Origin: Vairimorpha necatrix
Taxonomy: Eukaryota
DNA length: 64,000 nt
Reading direction: 5' to 3'
Assembly (NCBI GenBank): GCA_036630325.1
Contig: CP142730.1
Coordinates: 992,001-1,056,000, forward strand
Shown: positions 1-13,859 of the stretch, one piece after another
Layout of the letters: every line of letters begins with the position of its first letter
Position numbering within the stretch: the stretch's first letter is position 1
Position numbers and translations under genes: made by a program
Notes under the pieces: generated by a model
The model's database searches: none
What the model was told of the DNA's origin: nothing
Seen by the model: the letters and a program-made list of their open reading frames with translations, nothing else

Positions 1-1151
1 AATAATAATAATAAAAAACCATTTTATTTTAAGAAAACTTTGATAATTTCAATGAAGAACTCTCTTGAACTTTTGATGTTTTTATAAATTGCACATCTTC
101 TTCTCCACTTAAATTCTTCCAAAAAAATCAGGGATAGCACTTTCTTTGATCCCTTTTCTAGCTATTATATCACATTTAAGATGTGACCAAACACCTTCTA
201 TTAAGTTTGTGGTCTCTCCTGCTTCGTTTTTAAAGCCTTCATCATGAATTACAACGCGATGATCACCGTTGATAGATTCTACTGCAGCGGGATAAGATTT
301 ATGACCATCAGTTATGCATGTAGTGTCGTTTTTTATATACTTTTTAAAAAACCGAGTCATCGTCTGTATAGTCCGGTTAGGTACTATTTCGATTCTCAGT
401 TCTAACGTTCGCTCGTCTATCGTCCCTACCAACCACACACAGTTTTTGACTGTGTCATATCTTTCCGATGGAGATTTGACAAACTTCTCCTTTACTATAA
501 CCATTTCATCGGTCTATGTCACTTCTTCAAATCCTCCAATTTTTTTTTGGTGTTTGAGATTTTCTTTTTTCAGTGCTTCGTATATTTTTTTTTTAGCCCT
601 GAAGACACTGGAAGCAGACACCCGGGAATTTTTGTTTAGGTTTAGTGTAGACTGCTTTTCAGTGAACGAATACAGAATATACAAATAATTATATATAGGT
701 ATTCGGGGATTAGAAAATGAAGTTTTATCAAAAACTCCGATTGATGTTCCACATACAGTCTTCCCCCTACACTTAAACCGGTGGCAGTTCATGTACGAAT
801 CGTCCGGTGTTAATATCATTATACCAGGACATTTCGTACATTCCATTGTTGTTTTTAGTAGATTTTCATCCACTAACCAACATATTGCCTCATGTGGGTC
901 TTGGAATATTTTTGACCTACTGTCAAGCGGCTCCATACATACCATAAGGGTAAAATATTTTTGAAAAAATCATCTAAAAAACAAAAATGTTTATAACTCA
1001 AGAAATGTTAATGCGAATGAAATTTAAACAAATCTGTATAATTTCGACTCTTGGGGATATGGTTCGTAAAAAACATTTCCCCACTTTACGGTCAGTACCC
1101 GGATTCAGTACGTAAAATATTAAGGAAAGTCCGGGTTTTGACCGTTGCGCC
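1..1151 (-). mobile_element. Merlin-type DNA transposon copy 1 (other end not visible in window)
   Basis: Minus-strand terminus GGCGCAACGGTCAAAACCCGG ends at 1151, upstream of the transposase. It begins GGCGC like the complete Merlin at 49954-51245. The second TIR and the TSD cannot be checked. Confidence 0.7.
24..945 (-). pseudogene. Merlin/ISXO2 (IS1595-like) DDE transposase, disrupted
   Basis: ORFs 514..945 and 109..504 are in frame, separated by one TAG (514-516; KIGGFEEVT*TDEM). Motifs: N-terminal Cys/His cluster (CTKC...CHRFKC), WLVGTIDE, ITDGHKSY, VVIHDEGF, TNLIEGVWSHLK. Removing one base from the A7 run at 121-127 restores FLEEFKWRRR...VFLK* ending at 24. Confidence 0.9.
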
Positions 1152-1269
1152 GATTTTTTAATAAAGAAGTTGAATACGAATTAGCAGTTGTATAAAAGTA
1201 CAATTATAAGCCGCTAATCATTTTCGAATAATTTAAAATAGTTAAATATGTCGCATGGTAACTTTGACC

Positions 1270-1733
1270 AAAAAAAATAAATGAATTTAATTAGGATATG
1301 CTTATTGTAGTTTATATTTATAGTTTAACAAGGATAAGTTCCGCGTTGACGTCTCCTGCTTGTAGGAGGCTTCTCGTCTCCATGGTTCTTTCCACATCGG
1401 CTTCGTCTCCACTCCTTCGGTAGTCCAGAGAAATGCTTTCTAGCTTCTTCTTTAGCGTTTATCTGGAGGTACGCTTCTACCTTCTTAGGGATTTCAAGTC
1501 TAGTGGTATAAGATTTGTTAAACTTAGTCACTATACCGTCCCAAGTGATTACGTAGGGAATTATTTCTGTTTTAAAACCATATATTAGGCCCAGTTCATT
1601 CGCAAGGACATCATACTTTCTTAAATTATCGTTTTCTACTTGCTGAAGATTCTCTTGTGATGTGACACCTATTTCAATATTCGTATCAATTTGTTCTTCT
1701 TATCTACTACGACAATGTCCGGTTTATTATCCG
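1270..1733 (-). mobile_element. 5'-truncated, frameshifted RLE-type non-LTR retrotransposon fragment
   Basis: Manual translation gives NKPDIVVVDKKNK...EIGVTSQENLQQVENDNLRKYDVLANELGLIYGFKTEIIPYVITWDGIVTKFNK (PD-(D/E)xK endonuclease), homologous to the 8.7 and 39 kb copies. Confidence 0.85.
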
Positions 1734-2172
1734 AACTTCTATATACTCATTCTTATATATTCATTATAGAAAATGAAATATAATATTAATTTTAGTATTA
1801 AAGTATGAAGTGTCTATAAATGTAAGCGTACTAGCAAATATGGCGACTCTCAAAGAAGTAGTGTATTTAAAAAAAAAACAATGATAAAGTTTAGAGTTAC
1901 AAACGAAAATAATTTTACTGAAACAATATTTTTTAAAGCTATGCATTCATTAACAATACGTGGCAAGATGTGCTATAACAATATACGGTAAAATTTAAAT
2001 TTACCATATTTAATTATTTTAAAACTTCAATATTTTCTAATATTATTATACAAAAAAATATGTTCGTGAAAATATTATTTGAAATCTATAAACTATGTAC
2101 AAATTTATTTTCTGTTAATTTAATTAAGTTTTCATTTCTTACTCTTACAGAAAAACAAAAACTTAAAGAATT

Positions 2173-3182
2173 TTACAATTCACTTAATTCAGTCTGGTTT
2201 TCATCATGTCTTTGATTCGTAATTCTTTTATGATACCTTCTGTAATATCTAACCCCTAATACTAAAAGAATTAAACAAATCCCCACAAATATAAACATTA
2301 AAAACACAAAACGCCCATAAAACATTGAAGACTTCTGTTTAAAATTGTTTATATTAAATAAAGGTTTAGTATTATTAATATTAAATTTCTTTAGCTTTAT
2401 GAAATTAATTATGCTATTAGCGTCAATTTCAGTAAAATTATCATTTATATAATGAATACTTGTCGAATTTCTATCTCTTTTTTCGATTATTTCACTATCA
2501 ATAATCAATGTTTTATTAAAAAAATCAAAATCCGCTTTTGAACATTTTGCTTTTATAAAGTTATCCTGAAAATTATTGTATTCTTTCTTCAAAAGTTTTT
2601 CAGCATAACTATTATAACACTTTATATAATTGGGGACAATTTCCTCACATAACACAATTATGAAAGAAGGAAAGTTTGCGCTAATACCTTCTTTTATAAA
2701 ACATGTATTATCTTTAATTATATTTTCCAGAGTCTCTTTAATGCCTATAGAATTGTTTATCGCATCAATGTGACAAATACGTAATATTTTATAAAATTTT
2801 TCAACGAAATTTATAAAATATTCTATAAAATCTAATTCCGAGTTCGTAAGCTTATACCATTTGTCGTTGTCAAATTTTATAAAATTTTTCATTAGCAAAT
2901 ATCCATCATATAATAAAGATTTTCTATCAGCAAAGCTCATTTCCATGACATCTTTCTCTGTTAACGTTTTAAAAACTTTATGGTTTGTTATTGTGTTCCA
3001 AAAAATGTCATAAAAAATTTTAACATTTTCATCAGATAAATTTAATTCTAAAATTCTGTCATTCAAGGATTACATTCATTGTCGCTTTTTACTATAGACA
3101 TAAGTATGTTATTTTCATATGTAGTGGTTTTTATTAAATTCACAATAAGTAATAAAGTTTTAAATGAATAAATAACGTTCAT
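2173..3182 (-). pseudogene. 6-Cys type I membrane family member A1, single frameshift (pseudogene or assembly error)
   Basis: CCCTTA-ATG at 3182 gives a signal peptide MNVIYSFKTLLLIVNLIKT...SDNECN. A 1-bp deletion near 3067-3070 separates it from the 2173..3066 ORF (FWNTITNHKVF, ICHID, NTCFIK, FPSF, C-terminal TM). Confidence 0.85.
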
Positions 3183-4859
3183 TAAGGGCTTTAGAAAAAA
3201 AAACCTATATTTAGTGACTAATAAGAACAATCTTAAATTTTTATTAAATTAATAACCAATTATTCTCATTTATAAATGACTAGAGTACTATAACTTTCCT
3301 TTATAAAACAATATAATACTAAATTTGGCGGATCCAATATAATTTGGAGATGTATGTGTATACAAAAAAATTTTACTAATGCTTCATGTCGGAAGTGTAA
3401 TTTCTTATAATGTAAAATTATTTCAAACATTTATAATATTGTTTAATTTATTATTTATACAAAAATAAAGTATAGAATATACACAAAGAAAACAAAAAAT
3501 TCATCATAATATATTTATAGATTTACCGCTAAAATGTATGAAATATCTGACTTTTATCAGTGGAGAATAATTAAAATAAATCTGATAGTTGGAATATGTT
3601 TTTTTTAGCAAGACCAAATCTGGAACTTAACTGATATAAAATTTTATAAAAAACGAAATTTTTCTAACAATATAAATTAGGTTAAAAATTGATAAAAAAA
3701 TTTGTTAGAAAAATAAAAAAACAAAGCTACAAAGAAACAATAAAAAAGACAAAAATGCATTTTTATATTCATTAAATATACATATAAATTTTGTATTAAA
3801 TATATTTGTTCATTTATGAAAAGAATACAGCCCCGTCAAATTAAAGTATATTAAAAAATGAAACCCCTTTTTGATGTTTATGATTATTATATAGCTCTTG
3901 TTTTGCTAAAAAAATTTGTAAATTTTCAAGTTTAGCAATAATATCAAAAAAAAAGTTCATGGTAAAAAAACATATTCTTGAGTAAATGTTCGTTTTATAG
4001 AATGTTTTTTATTGCATTTTATAAAACAGCAAATTTTTATATAGGCATCAAAAAATGCAAAAGAATTATATGACGGTTTTTATTAGTATATGAAAAATAT
4101 TTCTGTCATAGAATATTATGTAAACTTTTACTAAATTTTAATTTATAAGGCCGACGAAGAGATTTTATATGTGGTTGAAAACAAAAATAGTTATAATAAT
4201 TCATAGCAAAATATCTCAACAATTTTATAATAATAAATTGCAAAAACTTTAACTTTTTTTCATAAAATCTATGACACTTGAGTTTATGTAATATTTACCA
4301 TTGAGTTTTTGAAAAAAAATTATTCATTACAACTAAACTGAAAAAAAAATATGAACAATCTATACTTTGTTTCGGGGGACAGATACTTAATATTCTTCAG
4401 ATTTTAATGCTGATATTTAGAATATTATCTTATAAATTCTTCTCCATACTATCTCAAATCTGTTTCCATAGCCTAATTGTACAATTTTATAATCGAGTTC
4501 GAAATTTATTTATATAATTGTAAACCAAAAAAACGTACAATTTAATCCGTTTATTATAATTACGTGAAAACAACATAACATTTAACTATTATGTTCTTAT
4601 GTATATTGGTTCTTGATTCATAATAGTAATTTTTAAGTTGTTCGATTAAGTTATGCTTTTTAAAACCTATTGATATCAATATAATCGTAATCATATAACT
4701 TTTTAGAGTTGTAAAAATAATATTATTCAAACAAAAATACTTATTTGAAAATATTTTTTATTTATTTTTATGAATATATAATCAATAATCCAACCCTTAA
4801 CTAATAATAAACTTAACATGGTAAAGAATAAAAATTATCATTCTTAAACATAAACAAAA

Positions 4860-5350
4860 GAAGAGTTGTCAAGTTCCATAGAGCATTAAAAAATGCAGTT
4901 TATGTATAAATGAGGATGGATGATTGTCTAACAGAAAAGATGGTGATGACTTGCATCAGTCGAGGGACCCGGATATGTGAAGACGCAGGGATCTATGGTA
5001 GTAGCAAAGAAACGGTATGAACTGCAATAAGATCTGGCACAAGACATGACATTTGTAGTTTAGTGGTAATCCCACTGTTCACATTTAAGCTATCATGGCA
5101 ATATAGCTAAACCACCAGTGTTCAAAATTTAGAGAGATTAAAAAGAGAAGAAAATCAAAAACAAATTGTGTTGTAGTTGAAGAATGAGATAGACGGATAA
5201 AATTCAGTTTTATTGTTGGGAGACATGTGTAAAGAAAAATCTCATGCCCATAGACTTTATGTATTATAACAGGGAAAGAGAGTACCGCAAAGACCAATAC
5301 AAGAAGGGATAGTAAGACGTGAAAGATCGAAGCCCAGTCCATAGTCAGTT
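4860..5350 (+). mobile_element. Possible decayed retroelement (integrase-like) relic
   Basis: Purine-rich, less AT-rich stretch with fragmentary resemblance to integrase core motifs. No continuous frame. Confidence 0.25.
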
Positions 5351-5452
5351 AACATTAAAATTGTATTTTTATTTTGAGAACCAAGTAGTAAAGATAATTA
5401 CATCACTCAGTTTTAGATATATCGCAGAAGAAAATTATATATTTAATACAAT

Positions 5453-5494
5453 TTAACCCTTAACTTACAATTATCGTTAACAGAAGTAATTAAT
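5453..5494 (+). repeat. piggyBac-like terminus (TTAA|CCCTTAACTTACAATTATC...), left member of inverted pair
   Basis: From 5457, 19 bp perfect and 34/38 bp match to the reverse complement of 23847-23884. TTAA lies immediately outside both copies. Confidence 0.7.
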
Positions 5495-5914
5495 ACAATT
5501 TAATTATAACCAACAATTAATTTTAAATATATTATGTTTATTAGAAGTGTTAGTTATAAAATATTATTTGGATCATATTCTTATCGTGTAATGTAAAAGC
5601 AAACAAAGTATGTTCCTTATAAAAAACAATTTTAAAAAAAATAAAATTTAGTTTAAGTGGGTAAAAATTTCTAATCATATTTTCTATATTGATCATTTTT
5701 TATAACATTTCATAAAAAAGTATTGTCTTTATATGTCGAAATTATATTTAAAATTATAAATTAAAATTTGTAAGAATGGATTAAAACTTCCTTAGAGCGC
5801 CAAAAAACATATCTTTGTATGTTAAAGCTAAAAATTTCTTTATTTTTTTTTAAAATGATTTACTCCATAAAAACATTGCAAGATTTTCTTTAAATTTTTT
5901 TCTACCGGGGTTTC

Positions 5915-6275
5915 CGGGTTATAAGATCCCACCCAAAAAAAGTCTGATTTTACGACTTGCTAGATAAGAATTTTTATACTATTGGAAGAGATCCACCCGT
6001 AAATAAGATCCTTCCATATCCAAATAATAAAAAATTTAATATTAAAAGAAATACTTTGGTATAATGACCCTTTAATTTCCTAGTAATCTGCAACTCCTAA
6101 GCAGTAAAACTTACGTTGCCTTTGTTTCTACGCAAATATTGTAATCCTCCTAATTTTTTTGGTGTGTAAGATTTTTTTTCATGGGGTAAAGTTTCAAAAA
6201 ATTTCAATCTAAATTTAAAATATTTTATATCAATAAAAAGATCCGTGGTCTTTTTATGATGGATCTTATGACCCG
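5915..6275. mobile_element. Small MITE-like element
   Basis: CGGGTTATAAGATCC (5915-5929) is inverted with GGATCTTATGACCCG (6261-6275), 14/15 match. Internal AGATCC motifs recur. No clear TSD. Confidence 0.4.
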
Positions 6276-7117
6276 AAGTATATTTCAGGAATAAAAATTT
6301 TTTATTTGGTATGCACAAAAAATATGTTATCTTATAATAAAGAAGCTAAGTAATATATATTTAGTAGAAATATCTGAGATAAAAAAGATCGAAATATGTT
6401 TTTTCAATTAGATCAGATAAATTGAATTAGACAAATGGGTGTATTTTAATAAAATTATAAGGAAGTATGAATGTTTTCTATTTGTTGATGGAACTATAGA
6501 TATAAATGTTTTATCGCAGTATAGAAAAAATTATAAAATACTCTATTTGGATCTAAAATAATGTCTAAATTGTTTTTTTCTGATTTGTACAGAGATATTT
6601 TCATACATATATTTTTATAATAAACGCAGTGCTGTTTTTTCAGAATTTTTTAATAAATAAATTATAAAGATATTTTTACTATTGGAAACTAGGGCATTTA
6701 TCATTTTTTAATATAATATTTTAAAAATATAAAAAAATTCCACACATTCTATAATTATTCAATTGTAAAAAATTAAGAAATAAATCTTGAGTATATCTTT
6801 ACAGTTAAAAATTCTTCTTTTTATGATTTTTTTGGTATAACTTTCAATTTATTTATTTCTTTAATGCTTTATTACGTGTATATTTAAATATAGTATTTTA
6901 AACCAATTTCTGCAATAACCCAAGCAAACCAGAGTGTATTATGCCATCATGAATTATGTAAAAATGCAAAAAAGTTGATTTTTAAGATAACAAAAAACAT
7001 TATCATTGTTGTATTTTTGTTAAATAATAGATAAAAACTATATACAAATTTAATTATTAAAAATATCGCATTGGTTGGTTATGAGTTTTAAAAATTAAAT
7101 ATGGACAAAGATAAACT

Positions 7118-8053
7118 TTATCGCTTAATAGATTGTAGTTCGACATCATATGATCGTTGAATCTTATTTCTTCTGTAAAATTTATATCCTATAAACAGAA
7201 CAGTTCCGATTAACATAAAACCTATAAAAACTATGAACCAAACATTTAAAAAAGAATCGGTTCTATTCTCATGAAATGTTTTAAACATATTATAAACTAT
7301 ATGTTCTGTTACATTGTTAATTTTATTACTAGTATAATCTTCATCGATAATATTTTCCAAATTAGTAATAATATCATAAGTTGCATTTTTAAAATCATAA
7401 TTCTCATCCATACAATTTGCAATTAACATTTGTTTCTGATTTTGATTGATTTTATCATAGAGAAATTCTACGCTCTCTTTGCCATAACAGCCGTAATAAG
7501 CTTTAATTAGACTTTTACATTTTTTATAAACAATTATTGGAAGACTTGAGTTGTGATTGTTCTGTATAAAACAGGTGTTTTCTCTTATGATTTCTTCAAA
7601 AGTCTCTTGTGTAGAATTTGACTTAATTATATTATCCTTATAACAGACGCGTAACATATTAAAATATTCTACTGTAATATTTATTATATTATTTAGAAAA
7701 ATTTTTTCGGAGGATGTAAGTAAATTTGTAATGTTATAATCCCATTTTTGTTGACCTAGACGTTCCAAATAACACTCATAAAGTGTCGATCTTCTATTAT
7801 CCCAATTATTTTCCGAAGTGTTATTTTGTGTCAGGTTGATAAAAATTTCATGATTTGTTATCTCATTCCAAACAATGTCATAAAAACTTCTAATGCTATC
7901 ATCTGATTGGGTTTTTAAATAAACTGTGCTATCTAATGAATCACAGATTTCTATATTGCTAATAACTGATTTTAACAAATCTACAACATTATTACTAGTA
8001 TTATTAACGTTAGATAGCAGTACAATAAATCTTAGTACATGTAAATACTTCAT
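7118..8053 (-). CDS. 6-Cys type I membrane family member A2 (311 aa)
   Basis: Start moved to the ATG after CCC (TTGCCCATA-ATG). Signal peptide, ICDSLD, VWNEITNHEIF, VCYKD, NTCFIQ, LPIIVYKKC, GCYG, ANC, TM helix, basic tail. Confidence 0.9.
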   Translation of the reverse strand: MKYLHVLRFIVLLSNVNNTSNNVVDLLKSVISNIEICDSLDSTVYLKTQSDDSIRSFYDIVWNEITNHEIFINLTQNNTSENNWDNRRSTLYECYLERLGQQKWDYNITNLLTSSEKIFLNNIINITVEYFNMLRVCYKDNIIKSNSTQETFEEIIRENTCFIQNNHNSSLPIIVYKKCKSLIKAYYGCYGKESVEFLYDKINQNQKQMLIANCMDENYDFKNATYDIITNLENIIDEDYTSNKINNVTEHIVYNMFKTFHENRTDSFLNVWFIVFIGFMLIGTVLFIGYKFYRRNKIQRSYDVELQSIKR

Positions 8054-8651
8054 TATGGGCAATAAATTTTTTTTATAAATATTTATAAAATAAACTTTGC
8101 CGATGTTAGTTTACTACTTTAAATATATATATATATTGTAACCACTAAAAAATTCCAGAAGACTCTTCGTGTCTTTCCTTTCATATATAATAAATTATAT
8201 TTAAAGTTGATTTTTTTAAAATTATTCGACTTTAAAAGAATTTTAACTGATTTTAAGCAAAAAAGAGATTTTCAACTTTACACTTATTTCAGTAAGGTAG
8301 GAAGAAACTAATCCAAGCATAAGTAAACTTTTTAATTACCTCTAATTAGTAAAAAGAAATTTTTTGTTTTGTATTATCATCTACTTAAGTTATAAAAATA
8401 TAAAAAAGTCAATGTACAATATAAAAACGAAACTTATACACTTCAACAGTATTTTTGTGAATGTTAATACAAAATTGACATTAGACTTGTTTTATTTTTT
8501 TCGTGTTGTTTATAGAACTTACAAAGTAAAAGTTTTTAGTTATTAAAATTATAATTCGTTGTAAACAATATAAATTGTTGCATATATTTTTAGTCTTTAG
8601 CTTATATTTACCAATATTGATATTTCAAAATATATTTATATATATATATAT

Positions 8652-9209
8652 AAAAATAAAAGATTTATTGAGTTAATTTTCAATTATGTTTAGATATTCA
8701 TAGCACAGCTTTCCCCGGTATCGCTCATGGGATTCAGCTCTTCACAGACTTTGGTTTCTGTGGAATTATTAATGTTTTCCAACTTCACTTTAGCAGCTTC
8801 ATTCCCCTTTGCCGACACCACTTCTTTAACAGTCGCCATATTCGCTAGTGCGCTTACAATTCTAGCCACTTCTTCTTCTCCTGCATCCTCCTGATCGTAT
8901 CCTCGTCGTCGTTCCAAAGAGATGGACTCTAGAGTCTTCTTCATCACAATAGACTGGATATATGCTTCCAGGTAGGGTTGGATTTCTAGCTCCCTGATGT
9001 ACTTTCTGTGATATTTGGTCACCACTCCATCCCATGTCATTACATAAGGAACTATTCTTGTCCGGGATTTATGTATTAGTCCCAGTTCATTTGCAAGAAG
9101 GTCATATTTTCTTAGTTTTTCATTCTCAACTATAGTAAGTCGATCCTGGTTGGTTATACCAACTTCAACTATTAAAATTTCTTTCTTCTTCTTGTCAAAC
9201 ACAAGAATA

Positions 9210-9211
<2 letters not shown>
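8652..9211 (-). mobile_element. Young 5'-truncated RLE non-LTR retrotransposon inserted in (TA)n
   Basis: Encodes DILVFDKKKKEILIVEVGIT...KYDLLANEL...TWDGVVTKYH. Near-identical to 39006-39563. Flanked by TA repeats at ~8638-8651 and 9212-9249. Confidence 0.92.

Positions 9212-9249
<38 letters not shown>
9212..9249. repeat. (TA)n microsatellite
   Basis: Perfect TA run abutting the 5' truncation point of the non-LTR element. Confidence 0.95.
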
Positions 9250-9252
<3 letters not shown>

Positions 9253-11321
9253 TATTGAATAAAGCATTAGACAAGGTAATATTTAAGTTATCATTTTTGA
9301 TAAATATTTGCTAATATATTGCATTTAACATGTAATTTAAAAAAATATAAATACGTATAACCTAGAGGGTATAATCCGATTTAATAAATCAATAATAAAA
9401 TTCAATTAAAAATGCCTTATAAATTGATATCAAACATAAGGTTTATTAATACTCGACGTTTAACTTCATATATTTAGCCTTATACGGAATAACATATGAT
9501 TTAATAAAAATTGTAAAATATTATGTTGTTAAATGTCAGTTGTGAAAATAAAAATAAAAGTTTAGGTAATATATATTGGACATCAGTTTTTTTCTCATTA
9601 GTTCAGTTGTAGATTTTTTTTCTTATTTTTTCTAAGTTAACTTCGTTTTTACGTCATTATTACGTGGTGTAAAAACATAGTTTAATTTAGATTTTTGATG
9701 TATGCGGATAGAAAATTTTTTATTTTAAGTAATTTAAAACATTTTACATTTTCAAATAATAATATATGTACAAAAATATATATGCAGATCAAAGTTTTAG
9801 GAAATTTTCATTAAGGCATTGGAATTTATTTTTAACTTTTGCATCATCATATGTGCGCTAGCTTTGAGTTATCTTTTATTAAATAATAATTCATAAAATG
9901 TTTTGTTGAAAAAAATTATGAATTTTTTTGATTTAATGTATATAAACATATTAGATCTATTTGTAATATAAAACGTACAACTATAGCATTTATAAAATCA
10001 TATAAATATCTTGACTTAGTTTTTAATTTAGTTCCTAAAAGAGCGGTATATATGTAATATGAAAAACACAACAGAGTCTCAAAATATAAATCGGTTAAGT
10101 AATGAAAGATATTGATTAAGGTTTATTTCATAAAATCTTTTTATTTAAATGGATCTTGTTATCATTTTTTTTTGATATTAAAGAGGTTCAAGGTGTCTTA
10201 AATTAACGAAATAAGTCTTAGGCCTCATATTACTAAAAATTATACACTTGGGGGAAATATCCTTTCATTTATAGGTGTTAATATAGTAAAAAGTGTTTTT
10301 CTATTTTACATATGTTTAGAAGATATAAAAGCAAATAATTTTTAGTTGATATTGTCTTACAATCAAATAAAACATTTTGTAAAAGGTTAAATTTTAGATT
10401 TCACTCTTTATACGAGATAAAATTTTACAATCTATCTATTATTTTGTACAAGTTGTTTATTTTGAGTCGGCATAATCTATTGAAATAAAAATTTACATTA
10501 CTATCTAAAGTATAATAGACAAAGGGTTTGCTTTATAAAATATATAAATAGGAAGCCTTTCGATCCATTTATTAGTATTTAATTGTAATATTTAGAAGAT
10601 ACAAATAAAAGTTTTGTGTGTCATGTTTAAGGATTTTTCTTGTTAACATATCAATCATATTAAATTTTTTGTATATGTTTGTTAAATTCGTTTAAGTATT
10701 TAAAATTCTAACTTAATATATCTCTTACTTACATCTACGCATCTATAGAATCCTAATAAAAAATCACAAAATTCAAGTATGTAAGCTTCGACATTTGGTG
10801 AAAAACAAAAAGAGTAAAGAATATTGTATATATTAATTTTCATTGTAACAAAATATATTACAAAATAGTAGAGACGCAACTAGAACAAAAAAAAATTTGC
10901 TGTTAAATAATTACTTTGATCTATTATAAATGATCTAAATAACTTTAAATTTACTGTAAATATTGTTATTTTCTCATAAGTTTAAATTATCACACTAAAA
11001 CCTAAAGAAAATAAGTACTTCTATAAATTTGATTAGAAAATGTTAACGTAGTTTGTAAAAAAAACGATTAAGTCCAAAAATATTTTTTTCAAAATTCGCT
11101 TCTAATAAATGATGAATCTTGATATTATATAGAAAAAAAAAACATGTTGTGTTATAATCAAAGAAAGAATCCGGATTAATACAAGTGATCAGATTTGGTT
11201 TATAAATGTAATAGATAGGAAATGACTATAATAAATAAATTAATTTTATATTTAAATGATAAAGTGTATTATTTGAAGCTTTAACACAAGAATATACAAT
11301 TTATTGTCAAATAACTTAATA

Positions 11322-12230
11322 TTACATAATTATACTTTCAGGATTAGTTGAAATAAGCTCAATTTCATCAGATTGATTGTTTTCGTTTTTTTTTGACCAA
11401 CTAAATATTATAAATGCAATTGAACTTATAAGTATACAACACACAAATATCAAAAAAGCAGTATACAAAAATACATTAATTTTGCCATAATTAGTGTCAA
11501 CAATTTCCAACACATCTGTTATGTTTGTATTGACAATTCCATTAGAAAACACCTCCGTAATATTCATGTTTAAAGCGTCTTTTGGACATATAGCTTTTGT
11601 TAGCTGAAGTTGGTTATTTTTTAACTCATTGTTAAGGTGTTCATTGATAAATTCCCCATAACACTCGTTATAATATTTAACTAGACCTCTGCACATTTTA
11701 AAAACAACTTTTGGAAGGTTTTCATTGATCCCATTTCGTATAAAACATGTATTCTTCTTAATAATGTGTTCAAGTGTCTGCACAAGAGAATTAGATTCAA
11801 TTAATGTATCTTTATAACAATTGATAAACATATCATAGTATTCTCTAGCACAAATATATAAATGACTGCAAAACATTTTTTCAGAGTTTGTAAGTGTATT
11901 TAATAATCTTAGATTCCGCTCTTTATTATGTAAACTTTGGAAAAAATCTTCTCTTAAAAGATCTTTCCGTTTTAAAAAACTATTTTCCGAAGTATCATCT
12001 TGAACAATTCTTTTAAAAATTTCATGGTTTGTTATTGTGTTCCAAACAATTTCAAAAAAAAATTTGATATGTTCTAATGATAAATTGTTTTCATTAATTC
12101 TTTTTTCTATTGTATCACATTTTTTAACATTAATAAATATTTTATTGAAAATAATTTCTTTATAACTCTCTTCAGTTTTTATAATTTGCTGTATACATAT
12201 TATCGACAGAATAAGTTTTAGCCACTTCAT
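11322..12230 (-). CDS. 6-Cys type I membrane family member A3 (302 aa)
   Basis: CCCTAA-ATG start. Signal peptide, KCDTIEKRI, VWNTITNHEIF, NCYKD, NTCFIR, LPKVVFKMC, ECYG, AICP, TM helix. Confidence 0.92.
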   Translation of the reverse strand: MKWLKLILSIICIQQIIKTEESYKEIIFNKIFINVKKCDTIEKRINENNLSLEHIKFFFEIVWNTITNHEIFKRIVQDDTSENSFLKRKDLLREDFFQSLHNKERNLRLLNTLTNSEKMFCSHLYICAREYYDMFINCYKDTLIESNSLVQTLEHIIKKNTCFIRNGINENLPKVVFKMCRGLVKYYNECYGEFINEHLNNELKNNQLQLTKAICPKDALNMNITEVFSNGIVNTNITDVLEIVDTNYGKINVFLYTAFLIFVCCILISSIAFIIFSWSKKNENNQSDEIELISTNPESIIM

Positions 12231-12508
12231 TTAGGGCAAAATATTAATTTCTTTATATGTTTCGGTAAATAACGATTTTAATTTAGATGAAAAAATCTAT
12301 AATCAAAATAATTTAAATCAAAAATTTTGAATCAGAAAATCTTTAGAACCTGAATGAAAATAATCAAGCACATGATAAATTTAATTAAATAAATCAAAAA
12401 AAATAAAATAAATAACTTTTTTATATGAGTTTATTATTTTTTGAAAAGAATAAAAAATTTTTTGATAATCTTATTAGTAATACAAACCATGTTATTATTT
12501 TTATAACT

Positions 12509-13282
12509 AAGCAATTTCATTTTACCACCCTTACCAATATAAAAACAGAATTTTTGTTTTTAGCCCTGATTTTTGATAGTCGAAGCGGGAAAAATGTGAA
12601 GGAGCAGAAAAATAAAGTTTTAATAAAATAACATAATTACAAAAATTAAATAAAAATTTTTTCGTTTTTATTATACCTTCTTTCGTTAATTAATCAAGAC
12701 TTATCTCCATATAAACAATATTCATAAGGCTTTTACATCGTTTTAAACGATAATTCTTTAATAAATATTAATTATATAAATATATGATATTTAACTTTTG
12801 GAAGGAAAATATATGAACTCATATAAAATTGATGTTTTACTTATTTCAAAAGGACATAAAAGACTATCAAAAGAACATTTTGAAAATTGTTTGACTATAT
12901 AAATCAATGAAGTACTAAAAAAGACCTAATTAATATATATACCTTAAAATGATAAATATCTAACCTAGAATCTGTTTATAACAACAAAAACTGATTTAAA
13001 ACAAGTTTAACGCTATAAAAAACAATTGTAATGACAAAATAATATAATTTATTTACAAATTTAGACTGCTTTTAAACACATATTTTAAATAATAGTGTAA
13101 AAAAAAAATTTAAATACTGTTGCATATAAATTTTAATCAAATCAGATCTAAATTGAACTATTTTTGTACTATGAAGATTTTTGTTTATTCCTCTCCACTC
13201 TGGCGCCTCAACTTAAAAAACAGGCTGCACTAAAAAATTCTTTATTTATACTGACAAGGGCGTGATAAAGTGTAAATTAGCC
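12509..13282. mobile_element. Non-autonomous long-TIR element, older copy
   Basis: Colinear direct-orientation similarity to 55222-55999 over ~770 bp (e.g. AGTCGAAGCGG.AAAATGTGAAGGAGCA, TAACCTAGAATCTGTTT, ACAAATTTAGACTGCTTT). Imperfect ~85-bp terminal inverted repeats. Confidence 0.75.
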
Positions 13283-13859
13283 TTGTTTAGATTCTTTTAG
13301 TTTTTCCCGAGATACATTCTTCTCGGGTATTAGCCTTATGATACTTAGGATTTATTCTAGTTGAATATTTGGTAGTTTTTCTTGTACTTAATATATGTTA
13401 CGTCTGGATTACACTCATAAGCTTTTATGGTCCTTTAAATTTGTTTTAAATGTGTACATTCGGGCTCTAAACTAAATATTGTGTTATGTGCAATAATAAA
13501 TTCTTCATAATTTCATTTGAAACCTCATAATAAAATAATTTTACATTGTAATTATAAAGAAAGACGCAATTTTAGAAAAAAATGGTAGTAAGTTTTTTGT
13601 CTCTTTCGCATGTTGATATTAAAACTATGTCAATCTTTGTTTTTCATGAAAATTTAATTTCTTGATTTGACTGCAAACTAGTGGCTTGGGTTGTTATACA
13701 ATTGTTTTTTATACATGATTTGTTTATACTGTCGACTCTAAATATATATAAATATATATATATATATATAAATAATATCTTAAAATTATATACATTTTTA
13801 TTTGTTCACAAATTATTTGGACTAATCAAGATTCTACTTGTAAAATAAATCTGGCTAAT

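Noticed and set aside
9212-9274. N-terminus MSNALFNILYIYIYIY of ORF 8690..9274 as a real gene start
   Set aside because: It is translation of the (TA)n flank fused by chance to a truncated retrotransposon frame.
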